From Octopus sinensis (Eukaryota), in the NCBI RefSeq assembly GCF_006345805.1, contig NC_043003.1, positions 29,326,001 to 29,390,000 on the forward strand: a stretch of 64,000 nt of DNA, given 5' to 3'. Every line of letters begins with the position of its first letter. Positions within the stretch are counted from its first letter, which is position 1. The notes under the pieces were generated by a model that had not been told where the DNA came from, ran no database searches, and worked only from the letters and a program-made list of their open reading frames with translations. A program made the translations under genes and the position numbers. Shown one piece after another: positions 61,509 through 64,000 of the stretch.

Positions 61509-61695
61509 CAACTGGTGGCCCATGTTTGTTCTGATATTCTACTTCCTGTCGCCACTTCCCACAGTAATCTCACGACGTAACTCACAGAGTTTTGACTCCA
61601 GCAGCAATGCCTGTGCTGAACTGTCCATCTTTCTGACCACAGGCATTATCATATCTGCCATAGGGCTCCCTCTCGTATTAGCACATGTGGCTGTG
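61509..61695 (+). CDS. LEPROT: LEPROT coding exon 3 (187 nt)
   Basis: TTTCTCCAG|C...GCTGTG|GTAAGT; [17 protein letters not shown]...[18 protein letters not shown]. Confidence 0.93.
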
Positions 61696-62699
61696 GTAAG
61701 TTAGCCAACTTCAATAATCTTTGCCAGTTTTTATCATTATCTAGGGAATGCAAGTATTTTGAAAAGGCATAGCTTGCGTTCAGCCACCCTGCCAGAGATA
61801 TGGCAAAGTCATAGGACTACAGCATGGCGGATTGTTAAGAGGTAACAGAAAAGTTCAACTGAGCCAACACTACCTCTTACAAGAATCAAATGTTTCAAAA
61901 AAATATACAATTTTCAGAATAACTGTGGAATTTCCATGGGCACTGCTAGTTACTACTACTGCTACTACTACTACTATGAGCTGGTGGCAAGATCATTAAC
62001 ATGCTAGACAAAATGCATAACAGCATGGCTCCCAGCTCTTAACTTTCTGAGTTCAAGTACTACCTAGGTTGACTTTGCTTTTCATTCTTTTTGCTGTCAC
62101 TAAAATAAAGTACCAGTCAATCACTAGGGTTGATGTAATTGAATTCCTTCTCCCTTCCACATTGCTGGCCTTGTTCTAGAATTAGAAAGATTTATTATGA
62201 CTATGGATTAGCAGAATCATTAGAGTATCAGAGAAAGATTTTGCAGTATTTCTTCTAGCTCTGAGTTTCAAATTCCACATAGGTTTGCTTTGCCTTTCAT
62301 CTCTCTTTGGTCAGTAAAATAGAGTACGAGCCGAGCACTGTCATTCGATATAATCAACTATTCCCCTCACCTAAATTTCAGACTTAGCTCTATGTTAGAA
62401 ACAGTTATTATTATCACTCTTAAAGTGACAGTTTAGTAGAATCAGTAAAACAAGTTATTATGTATACCTCCTTATTTTGTGAGATCAAAGTCCACCTAGG
62501 TTGACTTTGCCTGTCATTCTTCCAGTGGCTAATAAAATAAATAAAATCTGTCAAATACTAGGTCATCTTAAAAATTCTCTCCCTGTTATGTGAAAGATCA
62601 TTATTAGTAGCTGTACTGTTGAATCATTGAGGCATATTTAAATTGACTTGTTTTTGTCCCCTTTTTTTATGGTGGACTCTAGAAAAAGGGGCTATGTCC

Positions 62700-63200
62700 A
62701 TGGCTTTTTACATGTATCTGAGACTGGTAACATTGATGTATAAAATGTTCTGGAACAAATACGAGTTGATGACTACAGGAAAACATGAACAGGGAGGGAA
62801 TACCAAGGAGAAATGTTTTGGACCAGAAAGACTGGATGTAGTGGTTTGTGAGGCATTTGGGATTGATGAAGGGTAGGACACTAAGGGTCTCAAGAAGAGG
62901 AGAGATTAGTGAATTGGTGTACCCAAACGAAGGTGACATGTTATCAGCCAGCTCTGAGGAGCAGAAGGGGGAAGTGACCACGCTCCAGCCTTTGAACCTG
63001 AGGTCAGAGTGTATTGTGACTAACCTTTTGATAATCATTTGGATGGCTTCATTTTGGTACTGCCTAAGATGTATTAACAGCACCATCCCTGATGTGCAGA
63101 CAGTATTGAGTATTGCATAGGGTTAATACTTTTGTTATTGTCTTGGCAATGTGCTGGGTCACTTTGATGCAAAGGTTAAAGCATAGTTGTCTGCATTATG
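62700..63200 (-). mobile_element. Degenerate CR1-clade LINE 3' fragment
   Basis: - strand CSSEL and TNHYIQSFW motifs resemble CR1/Zenon C-termini. Confidence 0.55.
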
Positions 63201-63779
63201 AAATACATGGTTCTTGTCCTATGGACAGTTTTGCACTTTTCCTTTTAGGCAATGAATTGCCAAGTTGGTAGAGCATCAAATAAATTGCCTTGTGGTATTC
63301 ATCCTGGTTCTCTGCACACTGATTTCAAATCATGCTGAAATCAACTTTACCTTTTATCCTTTCAAAGTGGATGAATAAAGACTCAGTCATTTACTAGAAT
63401 TTATTATCCCCCGCACCACCACCACCACCACCACTTTATTCTCTCCCTCTCAGAAATCATCAGCTGTAGTCAGATTTGGAGAGAAGTAGGTGCTCTGCCA
63501 GGCTAAAAATGCTCATGACATGCTGTATGTCATCATGGCACTCCTATGACTCTAACAGGAGTTGAGGATCCAAGGTGAGGTAAAGGAAGTTTTGACAATA
63601 CTGTCCATTAATTCCCCTTTTGGGCTTTCTGTTTTCTACATTAAGACACATGATCTAAAGACAGTCTTTTATTCTTTTGCAACTAAAGACAATATAAGTT
63701 AAAGGTTATGAATTACTTTACATTATATTGTTTAGTATAACTTGATATGTAAACTATTTGTTTTTTCTCTGTGTTTCAG

Positions 63780-63896
63780 ATCAAATGGGGTGCATGTGCA
63801 CTGGTATTGGCTGGGAACATAATTGTCTTCATCACAATACTTGGTTATTTCATTGTGTTTTCCAGTGACGAGTTTGACTACAACATGTGGTGTTAG
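63780..63896 (+). CDS. LEPROT: LEPROT coding exon 4 (117 nt including TAG)
   Basis: GTGTTTCAG|ATCAAATGGGGTGCATGTGCA...TGGTGTTAG = IKWGACALVLAGNIIVFITILGYFIVFSSDEFDYNMWC*. Confidence 0.93.
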   Translation: MKWGACALVLAGNIIVFITILGYFIVFSSDEFDYNMWC

Positions 63897-64000
63897 CTGT
63901 TGGCTAAACAAAGTCATCACCATCAACACCACCACCAACACCATCAACCACAAGCTTGGTTTGAAAGAAAGAACAAGCCATAGCAAGCAAGCATCATGGA

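Larger units (their letters stand above)
46248..63896 (+). other. LEPROT: LEPROT/LEPROTL1-family gene (leptin receptor gene-related protein/endospanin, Vps55 family), 4 coding exons
   Basis: Joined exons give MAGIR(x)[48 protein letters not shown]...[23 protein letters not shown]...IKWGACALVLAGNIIVFITILGYF...DYNMWC, clearly the Vps55/OB-RGRP family (~131 aa, four hydrophobic segments). Confidence 0.93.

Overview
AT-rich (~33-35% GC by eye) eukaryotic genomic DNA. The repeat landscape (tRNA-head SINEs, RTE-tailed SINEs ending in (GAT)n, long (TA)n/(ATAC)n microsatellites) and the style of the zinc-finger genes suggest an octopus/coleoid cephalopod (inference). The left half is a cluster of four KRAB-less tandem C2H2 zinc-finger genes with single coding exons: ZNF-A (-, runs off the window at base 1, ATG 642), ZNF-B (-, 9383-10825, 16 fingers), ZNF-C (+, 19270-20361, 12 fingers) and the more divergent ZNF-D (-, 28659-30008, 15 fingers). 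All four share a homologous 5' leader exon with a conserved upstream ATG. The right half holds a 4-exon LEPROT/LEPROTL1 (endospanin/Vps55) gene (46248-63896, +). Interspersed are two near full-length mariner elements, mariner-derived MITEs, a foldback element with an 8-bp TSD, Helitron-like elements, RTE/CR1/Penelope-like fragments and many SINEs. The most striking items beyond routine annotation are: (i) two homologous type-I hammerhead-ribozyme-like modules (24725-24806 +, 36997-37079 -) whose consensus rebuilds an intact core, plus a different hammerhead-like core inside a tRNA-head SINE; (ii) an inverted ZNF promoter/5'UTR remnant inside intron 1 of ZNF-A that could pair with its own leader exon; (iii) conserved uORFs in the ZNF leaders; (iv) two long near-perfect hairpins in the introns on either side of LEPROT exon 2, which is 1 nt short of the length needed to keep frame. 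All alignments and folds were done by eye; no searches or folding programs were run.
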